Assembly: GCF_036321535.1 (NCBI RefSeq)
Contig: NC_087447.1
Coordinates: 49,974,001 to 50,038,000 of the forward strand
Length of the DNA: 64,000 nucleotides
Source of the DNA: Camelus dromedarius
Lineage: Eukaryota
Direction: 5' to 3'
Shown: positions 1 to 11,966 of the stretch, piece after piece
Numbering within the stretch: the stretch's first letter is position 1
How the letters are laid out: every line of letters begins with the position of its first letter
Position numbers and translations under genes: made by a program
Notes under the pieces: model-generated
Seen by the model: only the letters and a program-made list of their open reading frames with translations
The model's database searches: none
Told to the model about the DNA's origin: nothing

Positions 1-724
1 TGATTCCTTTTGCAATTTTATAATTGAAATATGTCTTTCTCAAATGTATTGTGAATGGATGGGATTTGTAGGCAGCATATTCATTCCAGAAAACTGACTT
101 TAGTTAACTAATGTATGTAATTTTGAGCTTTGACATCTAGAAAGCAGATAGAAGTTTTTAGGTTTTCTGATAGATGATCTAAAATTAACCTTTAAGACTT
201 ACATCGTTAACAGGTTTATGTACACAGTTATTGAAAAATCAATTTAGTGAAATTAAGTGGATATTTCAAAAAACTTGTGGATTTATTTCTAAATCTTTTG
301 TCCACTTTTCTTTGTATGAATCCCCAAAGTAATAAATGTATGTAACATTGTTACTAGGATTTTGGAAGTTGCATTTTGGACTTCAGTGAGATCTTTGGTT
401 ATTGGTGTCAATAATCTCTGCCTTTTTGACTCACTAAACCCCAAGTGTTGTCATTATAAAACCTGAAATTGGAGGTTTACAAGGTGTCAGCTTATCAAAT
501 CACTTGGTAAATTTGTGATAATTTGGTTCATGAACATCTGATTTGTGAGTTGAAGAAATCCCATAAGTTTTTATAGAAATCTTAAATAAGTGAAATTTAT
601 GAAATAAGACAGATTGATAAAATGGGATTATTACTGGCTAGGAGTGAGAGGTGGGGCATAGTGTAGAATTAAAGCCTAGGATTAGAAGTCAGGCACAGGT
701 TGGAATTTTAGCTCCACCAACTCC

Positions 725-990
725 ATCCATTTATTCACTCCTCCCTCCATTAAACAAGTAAATATGTTCTAGACATTGTGCTCTAGGAACTAGAGTACAT
801 TAATGAAACTTAGGCTCACAATTTTCATTTTTGTGGAAGATACAGAGGAATAAACAAATATTTACAGTACATCAGAAGTACTGTGTTTGTGAGTGTACAG
901 GGTTCTATGAGATCACATGAAAGGAATTCACCCCCAGACAGGGGTGTGGTAGAGTGGAGTAAGATTTATGGTTGTAGATGAGTTTTAGGA
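725..990 (-). mobile_element. L2 LINE 3' fragment
   Basis: catccatttattcact...tatgttctagacattgtgctctagg resembles the reverse complement of the L2 3' end; highly diverged. Confidence 0.5.
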
Positions 991-1429
991 AAGGCCGTGT
1001 GACCATGGGCCCCTCATATCAGTGCCTACGGGGCAATTAGTTGTATCGTATGGATAATGTCTGCCAAGTGCAGGACTTGATGCATAATAGATATTCAGTA
1101 AGTAAAATCCAGCATCAGCATCGTTCCTGTCAGTGCTCACTGGCTCTTTCACTCTAGTGCTAGAGTTCGTCACCCCCTATTAATGCACAGCAAACCTCAT
1201 TCTGTGACTTGAAATTTCCTCCCCACCAAAGAATTTTTATTTTGAGCAAAACTCAAAGGATGTTCTAAAAATAAGAGTCAGATATCTAGGTATATTACAG
1301 TTAAGAAAGAAACAATGACCAATGAAAATATTTCTGAATTTTAAAATCTTAACTTTTTTGAAATTCATAGAGCTATATGTCAGATATATTTCTTGGTCAG
1401 TATTTAATTTTCAAGTTAATTTTTATATT

Positions 1430-1620
1430 TAATTTATTCATTTATTTGCAGGTATTTGTTGAGTACCTACAGTGGGTAGGACTCTGAGCTTAACACCCAT
1501 GTCCTCAAGGAGCATACATTTTAGTAAAGGAAATAAGACATTTGTATAAACAACTAAAATATAGGGTCAAAAGTGCTGGGGGAATAAAATTGCTTTGCGA
1601 TTTTTAGAAGTGAACGAACT
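1430..1620 (-). mobile_element. L2 LINE 3' fragment
   Basis: ttattcatttatttgcaggtatttgttgagtacctac is a typical antisense L2 terminus. Confidence 0.55.
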
Positions 1621-1719
1621 GAATAATGACTATTCAGAAATGAGTAAAATATAGTGTCTTCCCTTGTGGCACTTACAGATGGGTATTGGAGAGGCAAGGG
1701 AGTAAGTAAATGAGGCATA

Positions 1720-1950
1720 GTAATAACAACTGACGGCCTGCTGTATCCTAGTAACTCTGCTGGGTCTTAGGATTTTGTTTGTTTGTTTAATTTAATTCTC
1801 ACAGAAATCCTGAAAGATTGATGTTGTTAAATCCATTTTAGAGATTTGTGAACAGAAGTTCAGAGTAGTATGCCCAAGTTTACACTAAAGTAAGCAGCAG
1901 AGCCAGGGTCTGAGCCTATGCCTCTCTGACTTGAAGCCTTAACATATTAC
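1720..1950 (-). mobile_element. MIR SINE
   Basis: tttaattctcacagaaatcctg...atccattttagag...gcccaagtttacac...gcagagccagggtctgagcc matches the antisense MIR core. Confidence 0.65.
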
Positions 1951-4199
1951 ACCTAAATCCCCCTTCTGCTTTTCTCTTCATCTCCCTCCGGAAATAAGTA
2001 TTGTAATTAAATAAATAATTTTGACATAAAGGATTGAGCACCTAATATGTTCCAGCACTGATAGGGAAGTGGCTTACAGAGAATATACCATTAGCTGCAC
2101 TGATCTATTTAAGCAAACGTATATTATACGCACACATTGTGACATTGTCTTTAGAAACTTAAAATGGTGAACAGTTATTATTCCAAATTCATATTCCAGA
2201 TGGAAACATCTCTGGCATTACCAAGTATGGTAGTTTTGTGCACCTTGCATGCTTAATTGTAAGTTTAAAAAAAAAAGCCTTTATAGATTTTGTGGGAAAC
2301 AGGTGGTGTTAAACCCAGGCAAATGCAGGATGGCTGTTAATGTTGTGGAATGTGATTTTGATTTACTTGGCAGAATTTTTATTTTACAAAATTGACTATT
2401 AAAATAGACATGCTTTCCATCCTTTAATTTTGCTCTGTTCAGTGCAATTTGCCTGTAGACTATTTTTCAACAGTTACTAAAAGGGTGTGGAAAAACTGGA
2501 AGGTTTCTACAAGGAAATTGATACTGAATTCTTTAACAATTTCCACAACCCTGCAACTTACTAGGTTTTAAAAAATGGGGATTATTTTTAACCTTCTTAC
2601 TGAAATTATTTGGAATTCTATTTCCCTGAAATTCCACTCTCTTTTTAGTACAGCTCTGTCTAAAGAACTATATTTAATATTGGCAAAGAGAATAATCTGA
2701 TGTAAATCTTTTCACTATGTATACTCTAATACACATATCTACATGGAAGTTATTTTATTATATAATTTCTGCTTTAAAAACTTCTGATGGCATCTTATTA
2801 CCTGTTATATCAAATTTAGTCTCTTTTGACTGGTACAACATATTTTCTCTCTCTCTTTTCTTCCCCCAAAGGGGTGGGGGGAAGATCACTCTTATTCTTT
2901 TATAAGGACTTTTGTCACCTGCTGCCCATGAATGATTTCAACATTGTTATTTTTTATTTGCTGCTTGCTTCTCCTTTGATCTCTTATCTTTCTCCTCACT
3001 TCCCTCTGAGATCTTTTCCTCTGTGCTTTCTGAAACTCCTCTTCAGTGATTATAATATAAAGTCCTCAGCCTCTTTGCTATGTAACTGTAATATACAGCT
3101 GCTGGATGTAAGTGAAATAACTGGCTCTCTTCTGAAAGTGTCTCCTGCCCTGGAGCCTTCTTAAGGGGAGACTGTTTCTTATACCTCCCACGTCTCTGGA
3201 TCTAGAGCAGGTGATGTCAGTTCAAAACTACGTCTCAGTGGCAGGTACCTAGTGTTTCTGACACTTTGAGTGGATCACTTTCAACACCTCCTTCTCTATA
3301 TGATAAAATTGTTCTCAGTAATGATCATGAAATGAAACCAATAATAGTAATAGCCCTAAAAAAGCAGAAAGTTTTCTTTTATTGAAAAAAATATCCATAT
3401 TATATGTTTAGTTTTTCTTTTGAACACAATTTCTGTGTGCCCATCTTCAGGGAGCAATTTTAAAGGTTTGTATTTTACTATACCTTGTTCAAGGCTGATT
3501 ATAAGTATTTTTGTATCTGTATAACCTTATCCAAAACTACATCAGAAAAAAGGTAACTCAGAACTAAGAAAAATTGCACATTGCCATCATTGTTTATTTT
3601 GAATCCACTGTTTAAACATAGGAGTATATAACACCAGACAGTTGGGGACACAAACTGTGCCCAGAGGAAGCTTAGAAGATTACAAACCGTTTGAAACGTA
3701 GTCGAAATGGAAGTGTGTAGTTTAGTGCATGGTGTTGGACTGACTGTGCAACTAGATTGGTCTTCGGATTAACTGCCATGTAGATATGTGTATTAGAGTA
3801 TACATAGTGAGAACATCCTCATTTGAAGGTTGCATATATATTGAAATCAAACCATCATGCAGCAATTGTTTAGAACTTAGATCAGTGAAAGTTTTTTTTT
3901 TTTTCCTGGGAGGAGGATTTTATCAGTGGCATTAGATTTGTTGTTTTTAATCTATTTTATTATCATTTTAAAAAGTCTCTACAGATTTGCGCACCCCTTG
4001 CAGACTGCCCCCATCGTCCTGCCCTTGGTAGGCCACTGTCATTACTCTTCTACCCTGGTAGCATCACGCTTAGAGTTTCTCTCTTTTTGATACCCCGAAT
4101 ACCCTTATCCCATCATCCTTACCACTAACCCTCTTATCTGCTGGAAACAAATAGTTGGAAAGATTGGTAGCACTGTAAATTCACAGTCATCTAGTTCAG

Positions 4200-6205
4200 T
4201 TGGACTAATACATCATAGATATCTGATTTTCTTGCCACACAACTGTCCCAAACCCTATCTCTTTTTTCCGCATCCCCACTTTTCCCTTTCGTTCTTGATA
4301 AATGTCCTCATTTATGACTTCATAGAGAAAATAGAAGCTGCCAGATGGGAATACGTCAACTTTCCATCAGAACAGATCAGAGCCTCTTAGAATCATCTTC
4401 ATCATCCTCAAAATGCTCTCTACTTTGTCAGCTCTGACCCCGCCCTCCAGTCTTCCAGCTAGTTCCTCTCAAAGTGCGTCTTTATAATCAACAAACTCTC
4501 CTGTATCTTCAGGCTGTTCTCAGGGAGAGTTCAGCCTACCTCTTGTCCTAACTGAACCTGAGTTTTCCCTGAGGACCCCCCTAGTACCCATTGGTGACTA
4601 TCAGTTTTCTTAAATGCCAGTAGGTGTTCAGATTCAGGAGGTGAGATTGGGGTTTTCTTGCTCCTCGTTGCTTTTTCTAGAGCCTTACCTCTCTACCCTG
4701 TTGGCAAGTCAGACATACAAAATCCTATTCCTCTGAGGCGTATGCTCTTCAACTGTACCACTCTTTCCCCCACCGATCTCTCAGTTATAACCCCATCACT
4801 CATCATGTATTTTGGCGATAGAAGAAACAGATACCACAGGAAAGACAAACAGTCTTTCTGTCTGTGCAATGTCTTGCTATTATGGGTAACAACACACAGG
4901 TGGATGAGTCATCCAACATCCTGGCCTCTTGGATCCCATCGTTTTTATTTACTCCCATGGTTACACTCTGAATCATGCCACCATTTCTGTTAGTCCACAT
5001 CCAAAATCTGATTCAAGCATCTTGCTCCCTGTTGACTGTTCTTCAGCTTATATGTTCAGCCTCTTGTTCACTGCTCTTCTTGGTGACCTTTAGACCTGGC
5101 CCCTTTATCCAGTTTAGATTTTTTGGCCTATTTTTTAGTATCACCTTTGTCTTGCCCCCTGTGGCTTTTTGTCATTCTTACAGCCCTGCTGTCCATTTTC
5201 TCTGTACCTGCCATACCCAAGTAGACATCTGGAGAGTCACACAGCAGTATCATTATAAACTTGTGATTAACAACCACTCTGGGCTCTGAGTAGTGCTCAG
5301 CAGTTCTGTTACAGTTCTTTGTTCAAGTTGTTCTGCCATTTGATCAAACTTTCATTCATTTGAGCAAAACAAAACACTGAGTTTCTGATCCCTCCCCCTT
5401 AATCACCCTTCATTTCCAAACCATAACCAGATCTTTATGATTTATCTCCTAAAAGTCTTCCCAATTAGTGTCCTCTTTTCCATTTCTAATTAACCACCAT
5501 GTTAGTCCAGGTAACCATAATCTCTCACCTAGGTTAATCACTGCAACAAGCTGGTCTCACCTTCTCCAAACTGTTCTCCACTGCAGTCAGCATAATTTTT
5601 TCAAAATGCAAATCTGCCATTGTCAGAAAAGTTCAAGGAGAGTTAATTAAAGGAGAAAGGTACGAAAGAAAATCTCAGCAAGTTATATCTTTGTTTAAAG
5701 TCTTTTGTGGTTTCTTCTTTTAGAAAAAAATAAGACTACCATCTGACGTGGACTAGAGGACACTGCATGATCTGCTTTCCTGTTCAACTTCAGCTTCGTC
5801 TCTTGCCAGAACTCCCCTCACACCAGCTATACTGGCCTTCTTTCAGTTCCTTGAAGCAGCATCCTTCCTCCTGCAACGGGTTCTTGATGTATGCTGCATC
5901 CCTTGGAACATTCCTTTCCTTAGCTCCTGCTCATCTTTGAGATCTCAGCTAAAGTGTCACTTTCTCTCAAATGTCTTCCTTGACTCTCTCAGTCTTTTGT
6001 CTGCCTCGTTTCTGGAATAGTGTTCCTTTCTTCAGAGTACTTAATTTATGAATTACGTATTTGTTAGTATGATTGTGTGAGCGATGTTTGTCTATTCCAC
6101 TGTACTTTAAGTTCCATTGTCTGCATTTGCCCACCCTTGTATCTACCACCTAGCACTATACCTGGCACATGGTGTGAGTTTAGTGAAACTTTGTTGAATG
6201 AATAA
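4200..6205 (+). mobile_element. L2 LINE fragments ending in the L2 3' terminus
   Basis: Pyrimidine-rich L2 body ending cctagcactatacctggcacatggtg...ttgttgaatgaataaa. Confidence 0.65.
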
Positions 6206-6876
6206 ACATCCATAGTGATCACTTGTATTCTTCCTGTTATAATGGGAGAGTTGGCCCCATTATATGCTGCCATCTATGCTCTCATCACCTGTAGGATAGA
6301 GAGCCTGTCCCCGCTCACCCTCTCAGGGCATTCTGCTGCACTTTGCTGTGTCCCTCTGGTTACTGAGCTCTCCTCTCGCTGTGCCAAACTTCACATCATC
6401 TCCATTTTCTCACTGCATCACTCCTGAACTCATACCAGTCTTCCTTCATCTCCCGCTGCTTCATTTAAACTTGTGTTTACCATATTACCAAAGCTACCTA
6501 CCAGTGAACTCAGGTAATTGCATCCGCTAGACATGTTTTCATTCTGTTTTGCTTGACTAGTCGGCAGCATTTGACTGTTGTTGGTGTCTTCCTTCTTAAA
6601 TGAACAATTTCTCCGTGCTTTTCTGGTGAGACTCTTGGTTTTCCTAGGATCTTTCTGAGCAGTCCTTCTCAGGCCCCTTTTCATCTCCCCATCTGTTGTC
6701 ATTCTCAAGGCTCTGAAACAGCCCTCTTCTCTAGGATTTCTTTAGGCCATCTCATTCACACCTGTGGCTTCAGTTTCCATTTAAATTTTTGTAATTCTTT
6801 AATTGATATCTTTATCCCCAATTTCTCTCTTTACTTTATGTATAATAACTTTATATAAAATATATACTTTATTAGA

Positions 6877-7026
6877 GGGGAGGGTGTAGCTCATGTGGTA
6901 GAGCACATGCTTAGCATGCATGATGTCCTGGGTTCAATCCCCAGTACCTTCCCTATTTAAAAAAAATAATAATAAATAAATAAACCTAATTACCTCTCTC
7001 AGGAAAAAAATAATAAAAATTTTTTT
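6877..7026 (+). mobile_element. tRNA-Ala-derived SINE, camelid Vic-1-like
   Basis: ggggagggtgtagctcatgtggtagagcacatgcttagcatgc...gggttcaatccccagtacc, then an (AATA)n cctaattacctc tail. 17-bp TSD aaaatatatactttatt at 6857-6873 and 7027-7043. Confidence 0.85.
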
Positions 7027-7037
7027 AAAATATATAC

Positions 7038-7130
7038 TTTATTGAAGTATAGTTGATTTACAATGTTGTGTTAGTTTCTGATGTACAGCATAGCAATTCA
7101 GTTTTATATATATATATACACGTATCTATA
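7038..7130 (-). mobile_element. Short L1 3' UTR terminal fragment
   Basis: tttattgaagtatagttgatttacaatgttgtgttagtttctgatgtacagc is the reverse complement of an L1 3' end with AATAAA; about 80% similar to 8925-8996. Confidence 0.8.
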
Positions 7131-8097
7131 TTAGACACACGTACATATATCCACTTGAGCATTCCCTATCTCAGCTCATAGACACCACCGTCTGCCTAGT
7201 TAGTCAGTTGAGAAACCAAAGGGCCATCTCTGACTCCTCCCTCTTCACCACTGTCAAAACCATCTGTCACAAAGTTCTTTCATTCTATCTACAAATTGTA
7301 GCTTAAATCTTCTCACATATGCTTCACTCCACTACTGGAACCCTAATAAAAACCATCACGAGTCTGGCCTGGACCATTGCAGCAGCCTCCTAACCAGGTG
7401 TCCTTCCCCTTTATTTACTACACTATAGCCAGAGTGGTCTTTAAGAAATATAAACCCGTATTCTGTCACTCCCATGCTTGAAAAATCTTTAATGATCCTC
7501 CCATTGTCTTTAAGGATGTAGTCTAGATGTCTTGTGGCTTACAGGACCCTCTGCAGTCTGGTCTCTGCTCACCTCTCTGGCCTAATCTTCTAGCACTCAT
7601 CCCTCATACTCTGTTCCTCACCCCAGCCCCAGCTGTCTATTTTAATTCACTTGTACTTTTATCAAAATTAAGATGACAACCCCATTTTGTCAGTTGCTTA
7701 GGCCCCAGACTTTGAAGTTACCCTTGACTTCCTCTGCCTCTCTTACCTCATTTAAGAGCTTTTGTGTCCTAAAAGTCTTCCCAATTAGTATCCTCTTTTC
7801 CATTTCTAATTAACCACCATGTTAGTCCAAGCAACTAATCTGAACAGGAGAAAGTAAGTTGAGTTTGAAGTAAACTCATGACCTCAGAACATATTGAGTA
7901 TATGTTGTCACATTTTTCTACAAATACAATAAGCAGAAGTGATCTTAATATGCACAATAAAAAATTTCAATTAACTATAGCTATATTCTCATCCCTAGTT
8001 GAGTCCTCAAAGAACCAGATGTGATGTGGGGCTCTGAAGGTAAAGGCCAAGAAACTATAACCAGTTTGGAGTCTTTTAAAAAATGATTGATTTGCGT

Positions 8098-9023
8098 ACA
8101 GATGGCTAACAGGCACATGAAAAGATGTTCAGTATTGCTAATTATCAGAGAAATGCAAATCAAAACCACAATGAGATATCACTTCACACCAGTCAGAATG
8201 GCCATCATCAAAAATCTACAAATAGTAAATCCTGGAGAGGTTATGGAGAAAAAGGAATCCTCCTGCACTGTTGGTGGGAATGTAAATTGGTGCAGCCATT
8301 ATGGAAAACAGTATGGAGTTTCCTTAAAAAACTAAAACTAGACTTATCATATGATCCAGCAATCCCGCTCCTGGGCACATATCTATAAAAGATGAAAACT
8401 CTAATTCAAAAAGATATATGCACCCCAGTGTTCACAGCAGCACTGTTTACAATAGCCAAGACATGGAAGCAACCTAAATGTCCATTGACAGATGAATGGA
8501 TGAAGAAGATGTGGTATATGTTCAATGGAATATTACTCAGCCATAAAAAAGAAGGAAATAATGCCATTTGTAGCATCATGGATGGACCTAGAGATTATCA
8601 TACTAAGTGAAGTAAATGAGACAGAGGAAGACAAATATCATATAATACCACTTATATGTGGAATCTTAAAAAAATGATACAAATGAACCTATTTACAAAA
8701 CAGAAATAGACTCACAGACCTAGAAAACAAACTTATGGTTACCAAAGGAGAAGAGGGGAGTGATAAATTAGGAGTTTGGGATTAACATAAACACATTAAT
8801 AAAAATAAAATAGATAACCAACAAGGATATACTATAGCACAAGGAACTATATTCAGTATCTTGTAATAACCTGTAATGGAAAAGAATCTGAAAAAGAATG
8901 TGTACATTCTTTATATATAGTTATATATATAAAACGAATCACTTTGTTGTACACCTGAAACTGATACAACACTGTAAACGAACTATAATGCAATAAATAA
9001 ATAAATTAAATAAATAAATAAAA
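8098..9023 (+). mobile_element. 5'-truncated L1 (end of ORF2, 3' UTR, A-rich tail)
   Basis: ORF-track peptides [47 protein letters not shown] and AALFTIAKTWKQPKCP are frameshifted L1 ORF2 C-terminal pieces; ends in (AATA)n. Confidence 0.92.
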
Positions 9024-9495
9024 TTTAAGTGTCTGATTTAAGGAGGAGAGGGAAGGGCTTATAATAATTGTATCTTTTGAAAATAAGAATTGTTCGAAAT
9101 AAATTTCTTTTACAACTTTTTTCCAAATTGAGTGTAGCACAGTCTCCATATATACATACACACACATAAAATAATTTGAATGTATTATATATCCGATTTA
9201 TATATATAGGTCTAACTTAAAAAGTTTATCCTACTTCAGACCATATATAGGAATCTTTTTCTGGCATCTCATTTACTAGCACTTCAGCAGGTCTACTTTG
9301 CAGCCTTAGCTGATGCCTCTCATCATGACCCTTTGGTGTTATACTTTGGAATATTTTCTTGGTTCCTGAAGGAAATAGGAGGTTATAGTCAATATATTTA
9401 GTTTTGCGTATTCAGAATTACAGAATCTTGGAGGCGGATAAGCTATTAAACTTCATTGAACCCAGTGGGTCATCTAGTGTTTGATTCCCCCCATG

Positions 9496-9612
9496 TTAGC
9501 TTCTCGGGCCGCTGTAACAAATTACCACAGACCTGGTGATTTAAAATAGCAGAAATTTATTCTGTCAGTTCTGGGGACCAGAAGTCCAAACTCAAGGTGT
9601 CAGCAGGGCCAT
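9496..9612 (-). mobile_element. MLT1 (MaLR) LTR fragment
   Basis: gctgtaacaaattaccacagacctggtgatttaaaatagcagaaatttattct...agaagtccaaactcaaggtgtcagcagggcc. Confidence 0.75.
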
Positions 9613-11774
9613 AATTTAATTTGAAAAAAATTTTAATATTGCTCATTTTAACTTCTTTTTCTGCAAAGTGTAATAATAGGAAATGTATAAATTCTTCCTC
9701 TAGTTATTTAATGTAATACTCTCTTAAGTGAATCCTATTTGTGGTGCTGAGGATATTTTTCTGGTTGTACTTGAATGACCACATTTCTTACCTAACCCTT
9801 CTACAGTTTGCTAATGAGATTCTCTATGTATATTCAATTAAGGTGCCTTTGATTTGTATCTTACGTCCTGATGGTAATAGGTTTTACCCTGTTAGACGGA
9901 TTTAATTTTTCTAGATTGCTTAATAGATCTATAAATCCATGTACTTTTGCAAAGTAAGATGAATGTGTAATAGTTATAAGCTATTATTATTAGTATAATA
10001 ATGTGACCCCTTAAGAATTTGAAAGCAATATAAGATGTGGACTCTGTCCTAATGTTTGATCTGTCTTAAAATTGCCCTATTTGAACCTTTGGCTCTAATC
10101 ACTCTTTAGATTTGTTTAAATGGTACATACACACCTTGGGGATCTTTCTATAAAGAAGTCCCAGTGAAGTAATAAAGTCAATGTTGTAAAGATTCATTTT
10201 TCAGGCTCTAGAGGCTTGATTTTCAGTGTACACTTATTTCAACGTACTTTTCCAACATTTGAAACAGTTTCTACATTTATAACTTGAAAGTGGAGATATT
10301 TGTGGGTTTGGAGAACTGTGCAGGTAGTCTAGATGTAATAGTTTAAGGAATAAAAACTATACAGTGTAGAGCTTTAGGACTCTAGTAGATTTCTTCAGCA
10401 TATTCCTGTGTCGCTATATTCTTGCAATTATGTAGTTTCTTTGCAAGCTACCCCATACACATTTGAATGATTCCCAGATACCCTGTAAAAGCCTGGTGTG
10501 TTACACTTTGCTTATCCTGAATTTGCTTTGCTGTCATTTTTATGCCTCTCAATTTAGGGCCAAACCGCATGTCCTAGTTTATTTTTTATAGTTTCAATTA
10601 AATACAAAGCTCTATCTTCTTGGTGGGTGTGTGAAGCATTTGGTGTTCTGTTGTAGAGAATAAAGACAGTTCATGACCTTGCTCACTCCCCAGTGCCTGT
10701 AATTTTATAGCACAACAAATTTATCTTTTGGGCACTAGGTAATCAGCAACTTGAGAATTTAATATAAAGCTTTAAATTCTGTTTCCTTTCTTTTATTTTC
10801 CCTGGAAAACAGTATCCCCCAAGGTTTATGTTTTCTATGTTTTCCCCAGGCAATTAAAACACAATTAAAATTAAGAATATCCAATAATTGTCACCTACCA
10901 TTTATTTCAGTAACATTGTTTTATTAAGAATAATCATACATTGCAAAACAAGAAAGGTAAACTTTTCTTCTTGACCCTAAGTTGTGACTGATCTTTTAGT
11001 AGAGAAATCTGTTTCAGAGGTTAAAATGTATGCTTGGTCTTGAGAATCTGGGGGAAATACAGGTAGAATATATTACTAGGAAATTGTAACTAGAATGTAG
11101 GTATACTCTAACGTCGTCTTCTTCATTTGCAGCGGTAGAGAAAGGAAAGTAGTGAGGGAAGCTTATTCCCTAAAATAACTCATCACCTGTATAAAGATCT
11201 ACAGATCTCATGCCTTTGTTGCTTCAACGAGTCAAGTTAAAATGGAAAGTCTTATGAGAACTCTATGACATGAGTACATTGCCTTGGAGAAGTAACATCC
11301 AAATAGCCACCCCTACAAATGTGAATGAATTTTTGATGAATATTTACTCACATTGGTGCTGTTGATTTGACTGGCCACCTTAGAAGAAAGAGAAGTCTTT
11401 TATATTACTTTCATATCTGATTTTTTTCTTATTCTTTTTCTCCCATTTATTAGAAGTTGAGATGCCAGGTCCAAGATGTTAGGGGAAAAAAATTCTAGAA
11501 TCTTAATCTTAGAGTGGTGAGTTTATGATATGTAAATAGGAGGCATAGTGGCCTCAACTCCTTGAGCTTACTGGGTTACTTTCTTATATATTAGTCCTTT
11601 GTTGGATGACCTATTCAATTTTTTCTTTGAAACAAAGTAGCCATCGTTCTGATTTGACTAATGTCATGAAGATATTAAGGTAATAGTTTGCAGCGACTGT
11701 AGCTAAGTGACTTAGTCCCAGTCTGCAGAAGTTTATGCTGTATCCAAGAAACTTCCGCTTTGTCGACAACTTGA

Positions 11775-11966
<192 letters not shown>

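Larger units (their letters stand above)
6300..7840 (+). mobile_element. L2 LINE fragments interrupted by an L1 3' piece and a SINE
   Basis: L2 motifs such as gcagcatttgactgttg, catctctgactcctccctcttcacc, gcagcctcctaaccagg and agccagagtggtctttaag. Confidence 0.6.

Noticed and set aside
3924..4038. Possible hAT-Tip100 MITE (cagtggc...gccactg)
   Set aside because: Only a 7-bp inverted terminus and no matching 8-bp TSD.
8087..8610. Functional reverse transcriptase / active L1
   Set aside because: 5'-truncated, covers only the ORF2 C-terminus, and is broken by frameshifts and a stop.
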